A DNA stretch of 64,000 nt. It comes from Candidatus Bathyarchaeota archaeon. Its GTDB lineage: Archaea > Thermoproteota > Bathyarchaeia > TCS64. The stretch covers positions 1 to 64,000 of the forward strand of contig CAVYVF010000007.1 of the NCBI GenBank assembly GCA_963771885.1, read 5' to 3'. Shown here piece by piece: positions 10,434 through 20,382 of the stretch; positions within the stretch are counted from its first letter, which is position 1, and every line of letters begins with the position of its first letter. The translations under genes were made by a program, and so were the position numbers. The notes below the pieces were generated by a model. It was not told where the DNA came from, made no database searches, and saw only the letters and a list, made by a program, of their open reading frames with translations.

Positions 10434-11392
10434 CTCTCTTCACTGGCCAGCGCGAGCTTTGCTATAAGTGTGCTAAGCTGTATCTCGGGGCGTGCGCCTT
10501 GTGTGAGGCGGAAGTCCACCTCGCCCACGGTGTCGCTTATCCTGACCTTCCACTTCTCCGGCATCTGCATACGCATGAGCTCGGAGTAGATCATCCTGAG
10601 TATGTCCTCGGCGCCGAGCCCCTCGTCGATGAGTAGGCTGCGGAGAATCTCCCGCGCCTCGAGGAAGTTGCCCTTCATGCCGAGGTTAATCATCTCGCGT
10701 ACACGCTGGGGGCTGACCTTGCCGAGAACGCTGTAGATGGCGATGTCGTCGACCTCGCCCTGCGTCGCAGCTGCGGCCTGCAGGAGGTTCGTCGCCTTAC
10801 GCATGTCGCCTCCACTCGCCTCGAAGACGGCGTCCAGCCCCTCGGGGACGAGCTTGATCCCCTCCTTCTGGGTGATCATTGTGATGTAGCTCTTGACATC
10901 CTGCTCGGCTAATGGGCTGAAACGGAAGACACTGCACCTGCTCTGTATGGGGTCGATGATGTTCTCGCTATAATTGCCAATCAGGCAGAAGCGGCATGTG
11001 CGTGTGTAGACCTCCATCGTTCGGCGGAGGGCGTGCTGCGCCGCCGAGGTGAGGCTGTCCGCCTCGTCGAGGATCAGGATCTTGAACGATACCTCGCTGG
11101 CGATGGCGGAGGTCCTGGCGAAGTTCTTCACCTTATCCCTGATCACATCGATGCCGCGCTCGTCGCTCGCGTTCAGTTCCAGCACCGAGTTCGTGTAGCC
11201 GGGGCCGTAGAGGTCGTGTGCTAGGCAGAGTATGCTCGTCGTCTTCCCGACGCCGGCTGGTCCTACGAGCAGCAGGTGGGGGAGGTTCTTGTCCTTGACG
11301 AAGCTCTTGAACCTTGACACTATCTCCTCCCTGTCGACCATGTCGTCGAGAGTCTTTGGCCTGTACTTCTCCGCCCACACGCCTATGCTCAT
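10430..11392 (-). CDS. rfcS: Replication factor C small subunit
   Basis: WAEKYRP, GPAGVGKT, ELNASDERG, DEAD, SRC motif; 320 aa, no intein. Confidence 0.96.
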   Translation of the reverse strand: MSIGVWAEKYRPKTLDDMVDREEIVSRFKSFVKDKNLPHLLLVGPAGVGKTTSILCLAHDLYGPGYTNSVLELNASDERGIDVIRDKVKNFARTSAIASEVSFKILILDEADSLTSAAQHALRRTMEVYTRTCRFCLIGNYSENIIDPIQSRCSVFRFSPLAEQDVKSYITMITQKEGIKLVPEGLDAVFEASGGDMRKATNLLQAAAATQGEVDDIAIYSVLGKVSPQRVREMINLGMKGNFLEAREILRSLLIDEGLGAEDILRMIYSELMRMQMPEKWKVRISDTVGEVDFRLTQGARPEIQLSTLIAKLALASEES

Positions 11393-11635
11393 GCCGATTC
11401 ACACCACATACCATTGGCGCGTTTTTTAAGGCTTCTAGAGCCTTTGGTGGGGGTCAGGTGGGTGAAACACGAAAACTCACCAATCGTTTACACAATTATT
11501 GTAAAGCTGGACAATCGAGAATGTGAAACCGCTGAAAAAACGCATTATCCTACTTAAAACTTGTAATTATTACGAAAAAAGGTCCCGATGTGGCTTCCAC
11601 GTTGTTTTTTATACATCATTGACCCACGTCTATTT

Positions 11636-12577
11636 ATGGCGAAAGTGAAACCCTTCATCATCGGTACACGCAATTCGGGCGAGTTCCTTCACGCCGGCGC
11701 AGCGATCCTCAAAAAAGGCGGCTCCGCGATCGACGCCGTCGAGGCCTCGACAAAGCTAGTCGAGATGAACCCCGAGGACGATAGCGTCGGCTACGGGGGT
11801 GTGCCCAATCTCCTCGGCAAAGTCGAGCTCGACGCGAGCATTATGGATGGAAAGACGCTAAAGACCGGAGCGGTGGGTGCCGTACAAGGATACCTTCACG
11901 TTATCAGCATAGCCCGGATGGTCATGGAGAGGACACCTCACGTCATGCTCGTCGGGAGAGGGGCCGAGCTCTTCGCCAAGTCGATGGGCTATAAGAAGCA
12001 GAACCTCCTCACCAAGGACGCGAAGGAGAAGTACCAGAGCTTCCTCAAGAGATACGCGGACCTACCAAACGACGGCGAGAAGCCATGGTATGTCAACTAC
12101 GACGTCGATTTCGGGCTCCGCGACTGGTACGACAAGCTCACCGACAAGCAGCATGGCACAGTCAACATCATGGCGATCGACAAGAACGGGAACATCTGCA
12201 GCGGCGTGAGCACGAGCGGCACCGCCTTCAAGTTCCCGGGTCGCCTCGGCGACAGCCCCATCATCGGCGCGGGCAACTACTGCGATAACCGCTTCGGCGC
12301 CGCAGCCTGCACGGGGCGTGGCGAGCTCGCTATAAGGCTCGCCTTGGCTCGCACACTCGTAAGCTACATGGAGAACGGCATGACCGTCCGCGAGGCATGT
12401 GCACGCGGGATGAAGGACATAAACGAGCTGGGAGAGAAGGGGGGCATGAACTGCCTCGCAATGGACAATAAGGGCAACACCATGAGTGCCTCGACCAGCC
12501 GGGAGAGCGTCCATTGGTATATGGACGTCGACTCAAAGCAAGCTGAAGAGCGCAAGGGCATCTGGATAAAGGAGTAG
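11636..12577 (+). CDS. Ntn-hydrolase: isoaspartyl peptidase / glycosylasparaginase family
   Basis: SVGYGG.PN, ELDASIMDG, HG|TV autocleavage site, STSG..K.PGRLGDSP, TGRGE; likely ATG at 11636. Confidence 0.88.
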   Translation: MAKVKPFIIGTRNSGEFLHAGAAILKKGGSAIDAVEASTKLVEMNPEDDSVGYGGVPNLLGKVELDASIMDGKTLKTGAVGAVQGYLHVISIARMVMERTPHVMLVGRGAELFAKSMGYKKQNLLTKDAKEKYQSFLKRYADLPNDGEKPWYVNYDVDFGLRDWYDKLTDKQHGTVNIMAIDKNGNICSGVSTSGTAFKFPGRLGDSPIIGAGNYCDNRFGAAACTGRGELAIRLALARTLVSYMENGMTVREACARGMKDINELGEKGGMNCLAMDNKGNTMSASTSRESVHWYMDVDSKQAEERKGIWIKE

Positions 12578-12582
12578 CCCTG

Positions 12583-13008
12583 ATGTCGAAGTCCCCATAC
12601 GACACAAAGAAGATCACCTCTAGCCTCTACGGCGACCGAAGCCCCGTCGAGGGCAGAATAGTCGCCATACTACACGTCAGCTTCAAGGACCGCGGCCTCA
12701 AGCTCATCGATACGAAGAGCCGCGCCGTCCTCAAGCACGAGATACATGAGATAATGATCACGGACGAGAAAGCCGCCGCTCCGGGCGGAGGAGCCAATAG
12801 CGTCGCCGCCGTCGCCTTCTTCGAGATCGATAAGGGTGGACTCATCGTCACGGGGGACGCCGTCACCGTCGCCGGGCACAAGATAGGCGATCTGGTGGGC
12901 TACGACGAGAACCACATGCCAAACCACCTCGGCGTAATACTCTACGCGCCGACCCTCGACGAGCCCTCTATTGCTATCGGAGATAGAATAGACTTCATGC
13001 GCCTCTAG
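12583..13008 (+). CDS. Conserved hypothetical protein (DUF6917-like)
   Basis: SRAV...IHEIM, FFEI..GG, GYDENHMPNH; paralog at 63348. Confidence 0.65.
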   Translation: MSKSPYDTKKITSSLYGDRSPVEGRIVAILHVSFKDRGLKLIDTKSRAVLKHEIHEIMITDEKAAAPGGGANSVAAVAFFEIDKGGLIVTGDAVTVAGHKIGDLVGYDENHMPNHLGVILYAPTLDEPSIAIGDRIDFMRL

Positions 13009-13856
13009 CCCTTGTCGGGTGCCCCTATACCGAATATCCCGGAGACGTTCTCGACTTTTTTATGCGCGCCGTAGCTCATCCTGAGGCTGGAGGGCATCTG
13101 GGCGAAGCCTTTAGCCGAAATAATCTTGACGGAGGCCTTGTTCTGCTCGGGTATCCCGACCCAGAGCCTCCTCCCGGTGACTGCTGAGGAGAGGGCGTTT
13201 AGTAGCGGCTCGGCGTACTCGCTGTACTTGGGATCGCATATCCATGGGCCGACCCGGACGTTCGAGGCGCCGGGCTTGGCCATAATGAAGCCGTGGATCA
13301 CGCCTCCCTTCGAGGCCTTGAAGCATAGTTCGGGGAAGTCGTGCTGCACCCTCTTCAACTTCTGCGCCCTGTTGAGGCCGAAGAAGCGTTGATCTAGCTC
13401 AGTGACCTTGTCGAGATCCTCCTTCCTCAAGGGCTCGATGCTGTGATGAGGCGCTTTGGTTGCTACACCGTTGTAGCGTAGCGACCAGTACTCCCCTTTG
13501 AACCCGAGCCGCTCGTAGAGGGGAATGGCCTTCTGGACGCCGTCGAGGCGTATAGTCCCCGCGCCGTCCCGTGTCAACCTCTCCATAGCAGCCTTCATCA
13601 GTGTTGCCCCCACGCCGGTCCCCCGCGTCTCCGGGAGCACGATCAAGTTACCGATGAATCCTACATCCCCGTAGAGGACGCTGTTCACGATGCCGACATC
13701 AACTCCTCCGAGGCTGGCCACGAAGCAGCCCTGAGGCTCGTAGAATAGACTCCTCTCTGCGTCAGCACGGGTGTTTCCCCAGCCTACCATATCCTGCAGG
13801 CGCATCACGAAGTCAATGTCGCCGTGGGTCATGACCCTGATCTGCGGCTCAACCAT
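13005..13856 (-). CDS. GNAT acetyltransferase (YitH-like, two domains)
   Basis: VLPETRGTGVGATLM, LYERLGF, RVGPW. Confidence 0.82.
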   Translation of the reverse strand: MVEPQIRVMTHGDIDFVMRLQDMVGWGNTRADAERSLFYEPQGCFVASLGGVDVGIVNSVLYGDVGFIGNLIVLPETRGTGVGATLMKAAMERLTRDGAGTIRLDGVQKAIPLYERLGFKGEYWSLRYNGVATKAPHHSIEPLRKEDLDKVTELDQRFFGLNRAQKLKRVQHDFPELCFKASKGGVIHGFIMAKPGASNVRVGPWICDPKYSEYAEPLLNALSSAVTGRRLWVGIPEQNKASVKIISAKGFAQMPSSLRMSYGAHKKVENVSGIFGIGAPDKG

Positions 13857-13895
13857 GGGGGAAACACTTGGCGGAGCCCGTATTTGGGGTTTCGG

Positions 13896-14396
13896 CTAGG
13901 CATCGCCCCTCTGCTCAAGCGCCTGTATGACGAGGTCCTTGTAAAAGTCCTCTTTCAGCTCCCCACCGCGGTTGATGCCCATGCAGCGCGCGTCGAACCT
14001 GATCTCGAAGCTCCCGCCGTCCCTCTCGATCCAGAACGGGTAGGTCCTGCAGAGCAGCGCCCTGCTCGGATAGACCCTACACCCCTCCTTCGTAAGGTAG
14101 ACGCAAGCGCCGCCGGCTTTCCTCATCTCACCGACGAAGGGCTCCTCCCCCTTAGTCTCGACCCTGAAATCTTTTTCCCCCGACTTCTCGAGCCTCTCGA
14201 CGTCCTTCGGGAGAAGCAGTATCCTCCTCGGCCTGTGCGTAGCGTCTCGGCAGCATGCGCCACAGCGCTTGCACCCCCACCTCAGACCCTTTGGGTAGTA
14301 GAACTCGTAGTCACCCGTGGGGGTCGAGAACCTACCCCTAGCGTAAGGAATGACGAAGTCCTCGCCTTCGCTGGGGTTTTGTCGCTTCTTTCCCAT
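13896..14396 (-). CDS. YkgJ-family cysteine-cluster protein
   Basis: CKRCGACC...CVYL...CRVYPSRALLCRTYPF...C. Confidence 0.85.
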   Translation of the reverse strand: MGKKRQNPSEGEDFVIPYARGRFSTPTGDYEFYYPKGLRWGCKRCGACCRDATHRPRRILLLPKDVERLEKSGEKDFRVETKGEEPFVGEMRKAGGACVYLTKEGCRVYPSRALLCRTYPFWIERDGGSFEIRFDARCMGINRGGELKEDFYKDLVIQALEQRGDA

Positions 14397-14400
14397 GCAG

Positions 14401-15108
14401 TCATACGTGCTCCTTTGGTAGCGCCTCAGCCACGGCAGCCTCAGCGAGGACCTGTAAAGGATCGAGCACAGGGACCGCGAGATCTCCCTGCTTCAATACG
14501 AGGCTGACCTCGGTGCAGCCGAATATAATCAGTTCAGCCCCCGCGGCGACCAAGTTGTTGGCGACTCCACGGAGGAGGACACTCCCGTCTATAAGGTTCC
14601 CAGCCTTGACGCATTGGTAGATCGCCTTCATGACGTCCGCCTGCCCCTCAGGCGCGGGCTCGAGTATCTCTATATCGACCTCACCGTAGGCGGTTCGATA
14701 GAGACCGCTTTTCACAGTGCCGTCTGTGGCGAGCAAGCCCGCCTTCTTCACATTCGGATACGCCTTATGCGCAGCCTCGGCGGAGAGCCTGATCATATGG
14801 AGTATTGGCACCCTCAGCTCCTTCTGGAGCTGATCGACGAAGTAGTGCGCCGTGTTGCATGGAATAATGATGAAATCGACCCCAGCCTCCTCCAGCCTCT
14901 TCCCCGCCCTTATCAGCTCAGGCATAGGGCTCAGCCCGGTGCCGAGTATGGCCGCGGTCCTGTCCGGGACCTTCGAGTTGCTATAGATGATAACTCGTGG
15001 ATGATCTTGGTCCCTCTTCGCGGGCGTGGCCTTGATAATCCTGAGGTAGAGGTCAGCAGTGGCTTCAGGCCCCATCCCGCCTAGTATGCCTATGATCTTC
15101 TCCGACAA
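14401..15108 (-). CDS. Aspartate/glutamate racemase family
   Basis: IGILGGMGPEAT, PCNTAH and GCTE catalytic cysteines. Confidence 0.92.
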   Translation of the reverse strand: MSEKIIGILGGMGPEATADLYLRIIKATPAKRDQDHPRVIIYSNSKVPDRTAAILGTGLSPMPELIRAGKRLEEAGVDFIIIPCNTAHYFVDQLQKELRVPILHMIRLSAEAAHKAYPNVKKAGLLATDGTVKSGLYRTAYGEVDIEILEPAPEGQADVMKAIYQCVKAGNLIDGSVLLRGVANNLVAAGAELIIFGCTEVSLVLKQGDLAVPVLDPLQVLAEAAVAEALPKEHV

Positions 15109-15142
15109 CTGGGCACTCCAAGGGAGAGAGTAGTCGGGGGAA

Positions 15143-16786
15143 TTAACGCTTACTCCTGCCCCTGATTATCTGCAAGACCACGAATAAGCCGATAAGAATA
15201 GCGGATATGTAGATAGCGACAGTCAATTGGAACCCCTCGAGCGTAAGCACTTCCTGTGTCGCTAGAACGACGAGGCTTGTACCCACGACGATCGACGCGA
15301 TTATCATACCGAGCATGATCTTGTAGGATGCCCTATCTATACTGCTGCCGAGCCTATCGATGTCGTCGTGCGCAATCCTCCAGGTAAATGAACCCTGAGC
15401 GATCTTCTTCAAGGCGAAGTTGATGTTGTTTGGAATATCCTTCGCTTCGAAGATAGCCTCGGCGAAGTCGAGGCCCGCCTTCCTTATGTTCGCCTGGTTA
15501 AGCACCCTCTTTGTAAAGGATTCCGCTATCAGTGGCTTGATCTCGGTTATGAAATCGAAGTGGGGGTAGAGCCTAATCGCGTCATCCTGAACCATGCTGA
15601 TGACTTTTAACATGAGCATGGTCACCATGGGTACTCTGAGCTTGTACTTTCTTAGAGCAGAGATAAGACCCTCAATCGCCCCAGGGTCGGGTTGCTCCTC
15701 GTTGTAAACGTCACCGGAGATTAAAGCGAGGTACAAGTCGTCCTTGAAGGCGTCCATCCAACTATCCTTCACGCCCATCCCGAGGTCGGTTAACACGTGG
15801 GTGAGGCTGTCTACGTCCTTGTCGAGAATTGACATCAGCATCTTCATTAGAAGGTTCCTCTTCTCGGGACGGAGGACTCCGATCATGCCGAAGTCGAGGA
15901 GGATGAGTTCACCATTCCTCGTTATGAGGAGGTTCCCGGGGTGTGGGTCTCCATGGAAGAAGCCGTCATCGAATATCTGCTTCATATACACTTTTAACCC
16001 GAGACTCGCGATCGCCTTCGGGTCGACGCCCATTTTCACGATTTGCTCAGTCTTGTCTATCCTCACTCCCCTCATATACTCCATGACGAGGAGGCGCTCC
16101 CCTGAGTACTGCCAATAAATCTTGGGTATTTTCACCTTCTCGAAGTCTGCCATGTTCTTCCTGAAAAGGTCGGCGTTCTTTCCATCCCTCACAAAGTCGA
16201 GCTCCGACAGTATCTGACGCGCAAAGTCGGTGACCATGGCAGGGAAATTGAATATCTCGAGACTCGAGTTCGTCTTCTCAGCCTGGTCGGCGATCGCCTT
16301 GAGTATGCGCAAGTCCGTCTCGATGACAGCCCTTATACCAGGGCGCTGGACCTTGAGCACGACAACGCTTCCATCTTTCAACTTACCGTGGTGGGCTTGG
16401 CTAAGGCTTGCAGCTGCGAAGGGTCGTTTGTTGAGGTAGATGAATACGTCGTCTATATTGCCGATGTACTCCCTTATCGTCGGCTCTACACTCTCCCACG
16501 GCACCTGCTGTACCTTATCGGTGAGCTGCTTTAGCTCCTCGACGAGGTCCGGCGTTAGGAGCTCTCGGCGTGTGCTCATTATCTGGCCGAACTTGACGAA
16601 TGTGGGGCCGAGTTCCTGTATTGCGAGCCTCATCCTCTTGTTGACGTCGAGGTTTAATGTGTCTATTTTCTGTTTATGGAGTCTCCACTGTATTGCGTTG
16701 GGCAGAAGGTCTGATACTGCGACCTCGAACCCGTACTTGACCAAAATAGCGGCTATCTGCTCGTACCGCGTGAGAGGCAACGCCAT
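15143..16786 (-). CDS. AarF/ABC1/UbiB-family atypical kinase
   Basis: LGPTFVKFGQ, AAASLSQAH, KVQRPG, HGDPHPGN, DFGM, two C-terminal TM helices. Confidence 0.92.
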   Translation of the reverse strand: MALPLTRYEQIAAILVKYGFEVAVSDLLPNAIQWRLHKQKIDTLNLDVNKRMRLAIQELGPTFVKFGQIMSTRRELLTPDLVEELKQLTDKVQQVPWESVEPTIREYIGNIDDVFIYLNKRPFAAASLSQAHHGKLKDGSVVVLKVQRPGIRAVIETDLRILKAIADQAEKTNSSLEIFNFPAMVTDFARQILSELDFVRDGKNADLFRKNMADFEKVKIPKIYWQYSGERLLVMEYMRGVRIDKTEQIVKMGVDPKAIASLGLKVYMKQIFDDGFFHGDPHPGNLLITRNGELILLDFGMIGVLRPEKRNLLMKMLMSILDKDVDSLTHVLTDLGMGVKDSWMDAFKDDLYLALISGDVYNEEQPDPGAIEGLISALRKYKLRVPMVTMLMLKVISMVQDDAIRLYPHFDFITEIKPLIAESFTKRVLNQANIRKAGLDFAEAIFEAKDIPNNINFALKKIAQGSFTWRIAHDDIDRLGSSIDRASYKIMLGMIIASIVVGTSLVVLATQEVLTLEGFQLTVAIYISAILIGLFVVLQIIRGRSKR

Positions 16787-17056
16787 TAATGCATTAGGGT
16801 AAGCCTAGAAGTTAAATCAATAAGGATTTCCATAAAAACTGCCACGCGCGAGAGACCGTTATCCTCGTAGCTGTTTTTACAGCAGTCTCCACAGATCGCG
16901 ATCTAGTCTAACTCTTTGTGTCTGACTCTAAGTAGCGTCAGGTTTTGAATTTGGATAATTCTACGTTTTTCATGTTATGCTTCATCCCTATTGTGGCGCG
17001 TGCGGATTAAAAGTGCTATAAAGCACGTATTATTTATCCCTCGGTTGCACGCGTTT

Positions 17057-17575
17057 TTATCGAGGAAATTTTTGCACGGCGATGACCTTCTCCGCGAGTC
17101 TATTGGCTTCCCTTACATAGTCTTCTTCTTTAAGGTCGGACCAATTTTGACCCGGTTTTACGCCTCTAAGCTCGATGTCATCGATAAAACTGCATCCTTT
17201 ACGCATGGCTATGGTGCGTAGTTTGACTAGGGCATCGGGATTTTTTTGATTGGCTCCAACAAGACCAATCACAACGCGTTTTCCCTTGAGATCGTTGTTT
17301 TCCAGGTATTCTTCAATTACCGGCGTTGGTTTGCCATTCCATATAGGTGTTAAGAGGATGATAGGGTCAAATGCCTCGATTATTAAATCGGTTTGTTTAA
17401 TATGGTTATCTTTGGATTTCTGTTTTATCCAAATTCTCTCTAAAAACGTCTTTGGCTCACCGAGTCTTCTTATCTCAGCTTTGATTATGGTCTTTGTTAT
17501 CTCGGCTATCTTGGCAGTTGTGCCAGTTTTGCTGTAATATATGATTAAGGGCTGTGATGTCATCGAGGCGATCAA
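17057..17575 (-). CDS. Flavodoxin-like protein
   Basis: IIYYSKTGTT, LTPIWNG, LKGKRV. Confidence 0.8.
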   Translation of the reverse strand: MIASMTSQPLIIYYSKTGTTAKIAEITKTIIKAEIRRLGEPKTFLERIWIKQKSKDNHIKQTDLIIEAFDPIILLTPIWNGKPTPVIEEYLENNDLKGKRVVIGLVGANQKNPDALVKLRTIAMRKGCSFIDDIELRGVKPGQNWSDLKEEDYVREANRLAEKVIAVQKFPR

Positions 17576-17874
17576 TCACTGACTTTGTTGGTCAAATTAG
17601 GTAAATGCAGGCTTTATTTTTTAAACATACGCACACGTTCGCGCGCGTGAGTCGCGGTAGATCTCGCCTAATAGTTGCAGGCATTCAATTGTGGCTCCGC
17701 CACCTGCAACGATGTAGTTCATTTTGATGTATAGTGTGTCTACGTCTGAGCGATATATGGCGACTCTGGCCTGTGGTCTAACATAGGGATCTATTTGGTT
17801 AGAAAAAAGTTGAAGATTGCCTTCTCTTCTTCAGAGTTAGGTATAATATGAAACTCAAAGGCGCTTCCAAGTCC

Positions 17875-18211
17875 TCAAAAGCGTTTCCAATTAAGTCTAA
17901 TGATCCCTTCAACGAATTTACAGCCAAGCACGGGCTCAGCATCCAGGGTCAACCTGACGGCTTTTAGAAGCCTTGTCTCATCTAAGTGCCCATTGCGCGC
18001 GCTTTGTCTGCGTATGCGGTGCTCCTTGTAGGGCTCTAGTTTGATCGGCATGCACGCATCCTCCACTCTTACAATTCCTTCGATAGCAGGTGGGCGACGT
18101 TTCCACGCTTCGCTGCCATGTTTCTCCCCACTTGCGCGGCTCTTATTGTTCCTGTGACGTGTGCCTGAATGACGTATCGTATAGTGTGTCTTTCTAGGGT
18201 TTACTGATCAT
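17875..18211 (-). pseudogene. Possible small basic protein (MISKP|RKTHYTIRHSG...NWKRF), one frameshift near 18197
   Basis: ORF 17875..18066 stays open upstream to about 18199; ATG at 18211 is one base out of frame. Confidence 0.3.
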
Positions 18212-18219
18212 TTTCATTC

Positions 18220-18625
18220 TTTCCAGGCCTTTTCTAGGGGTTTCCAGACAAACGAATTAGCATATCCAAAATTCCGAGTTATTCCATGATTCTCGAATTT
18301 GTTTAAATCGTCCAAATTTCCAAAGAAGCGTTTGTGGGGGTGGGTGATTTTGCGTTTGCATTCCTAGGTTATTATGGAGGATGACTTTGTGATACGTATC
18401 GCTGGTTGGAGTGGTGCTTCGTCTGTTGGAGGGTTGGAGTAGATCTGGAGGCGGCGAAATACTTGGAGAAGTGGAGGAGAGTACCATTTTCGGAGGAGTG
18501 AGAAAGGTTCGTCTCGGAAAATTGGGATACGTGGGGGAGACTTTACGGATCCTTGGACTATAGAAAATAGATTTGGAGACGGTCGTTTGGGAGTGGAAAA
18601 TGGTTTGGATGAGTTATAAGGGAAA
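18220..18625. repeat. Bipartite inverted array of TCCA / TGGA tetranucleotides
   Basis: TCCA at 18222,18243,18265,18283,18311,18319; TGGA at 18375,18407,18427,18435,18446,18464,18472,18554,18574,18594,18606, plus CGGA/GGGA variants. Confidence 0.7.
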
Positions 18626-18626
18626 A

Positions 18627-19435
18627 TTATACTAGTTGCTCTAACTCTTCGCCGACGAGCTTCTTCACTTCAGAATCGGAAGACTGTGCAAATTCGATGA
18701 GATCCAGTTCAAGATCCGTTTTCTTATCAGGGAGCTTAGTGATGATGAGGTTTCGGGCTTCGCTCCTGTATGTTGAGTTCTCTTTTAGATATTCTAAGTA
18801 TGCGTCTCTTAGAATTTCATATTTCTCTGAGGTAGATACGATCTCTGCAAGTATTTTTAAAACTTGCATTCTAATATCTTCTAATTCATCATTTTTCTCT
18901 TTAGCATTGTAAAAAATTTTCAATAGATCCTTCCTAAAAATCTTATCAAGTATCGATATTTTTGGCTCTATTGTTATTTTAGCAATGTTTAATATGATTG
19001 ATATTAGATTTTTTAGTAGCCTTCTTTTTTCGAGTTGAATGTCGCATCTCTTAGTTTCTCTAGATAGTTATCATTTGGATAAACTTTTATGTTACTTTCC
19101 TTTTTAAGACCATTAAAAGCGATCTGAATCATCGATTCATCATTTTGATTTAATAAAGCAAAATATTTATTAAGAATTCTAGAATCTGTGTAATTTTCCT
19201 TGATGTAATTTTTATCCATAAAATCATCTACTATTGCATATAGTTTTACACTATTATTTGTTAGTCCAACTATTTTCTGAGGTTTTCCTGGTCCCTGAAT
19301 TATATCATGGATTTTAAGTAGACCAGATTTTTCAAGAACGCTTACTGCTCGTGAGGTGGATCCGAGATCTCAATTTATCTCTACTGCGAGTTGACTTATC
19401 GAGTATTTCTTGTTAGGATATAGTGATGCTATCAT
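18627..19435 (-). pseudogene. Winged-HTH + helical-repeat protein, with in-frame TGA (19370-19372) and a homopolymer frameshift (~19025)
   Basis: Manual translation: YSISQLAVEIN*DLGSTSRAVSVLEKSGLLKIHD..GPGKPQKIVGLT, then MDKNY..., then RLLKNLISIIL...LKIFYNAKEK; frame stays open upstream to about 19500. Confidence 0.65.
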
Positions 19436-19905
19436 TTTATAGTTCTGAGAAAATAACTTTAGGAATTTTCGTTTTTCTTCAGTGATAGCGCCGACGGTTA
19501 GTATTACAGGTTGTTGCGCCAGCCGAGCCGAGTAAAAGAATTAGGTAACCAAGGGGTGCCTCGCGGGGTCGCGCGCGCGGGGCTTCTCGGGTTGGCGGGA
19601 ATATCTAATGCGAAGACTCCTAAGACAAGAAATGCGGAGCCAAGTGACAGGATGATGACTGATCTCATCCAAATATGCGCGTGCTTATTGGAGAAAAGTT
19701 TGCATTAATGCGTGTTATGCTGTTTAGAACTAGATAGGCCTGTAACCGAGCGCGCAAGGGCTCTGAATCGTAGTTGGTGGGCTGGGCTGGACTTAGACCA
19801 AAACGGGTATAGAACGTAATTCACCGCTAGTTCATCGTGGCTGCTCAGATGCGAGCTTATTCCTAATAACAACCTTATTATTTGGGTAACTGCCGTGAAC
19901 GGGGT

Positions 19906-20238
19906 ATGGCCGAATGGCAATACGACTCCAAGAAAGAAGGCCTAGCAACCGTCTTCTTCGACTACGAGATCGAGACACTCCGCCTCCTCTGGAGCAGAAG
20001 AGGCGAATACCTATCCTCGAGGCAGGTGTGGGAGCAAATCAGCAAGAAGCTGAATATCAGTAGGGCCTCCATCATTAACTCGTTGAATCGGATGGCTAGG
20101 GCGGGTATCCTCGAGTATAAGGAGACGACTGGTAAGGGTGGCCATAGGGGTCTTTACGCTGCTTCGGGTGGTGAGGGTGAGTTGAGGAAGCGTATTGCTG
20201 ATGAGTTGAGTGAGAACATTAAGAGGAATCTCAGCTAA
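19906..20238 (+). CDS. Winged-HTH transcriptional regulator (BlaI/MecI-like)
   Basis: LSSRQVWE...SRASIINSLNRM...GKGGHRGLY. Confidence 0.75.
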   Translation: MAEWQYDSKKEGLATVFFDYEIETLRLLWSRRGEYLSSRQVWEQISKKLNISRASIINSLNRMARAGILEYKETTGKGGHRGLYAASGGEGELRKRIADELSENIKRNLS

Positions 20239-20382
20239 AACTCATCAGCTTATTTCGCATAATTCACTCCCACCTTTCCGATACGCGCGCCCAAAGATGA
20301 GACTAATGCCAAAGAGACTTTGAGACTAAATTTCTTAAGGGGAAGATGAAAGTGAGGATTATAATCGTTGAGTAGTGTTTAC

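Noticed and set aside
10430..11392. Inteins in rfcS, or in cdc48 or xpb
   Set aside because: Lengths are normal and there are no intein N- or C-terminal motifs.
19370..19372. Selenocysteine at the in-frame TGA
   Set aside because: It lies in an HTH turn, not a redox motif, and no SECIS was recognised; nonsense mutation or error is more likely.
20298..20330. Three GAGACT copies downstream of the BlaI-like regulator
   Set aside because: Too short and too few to distinguish from chance.
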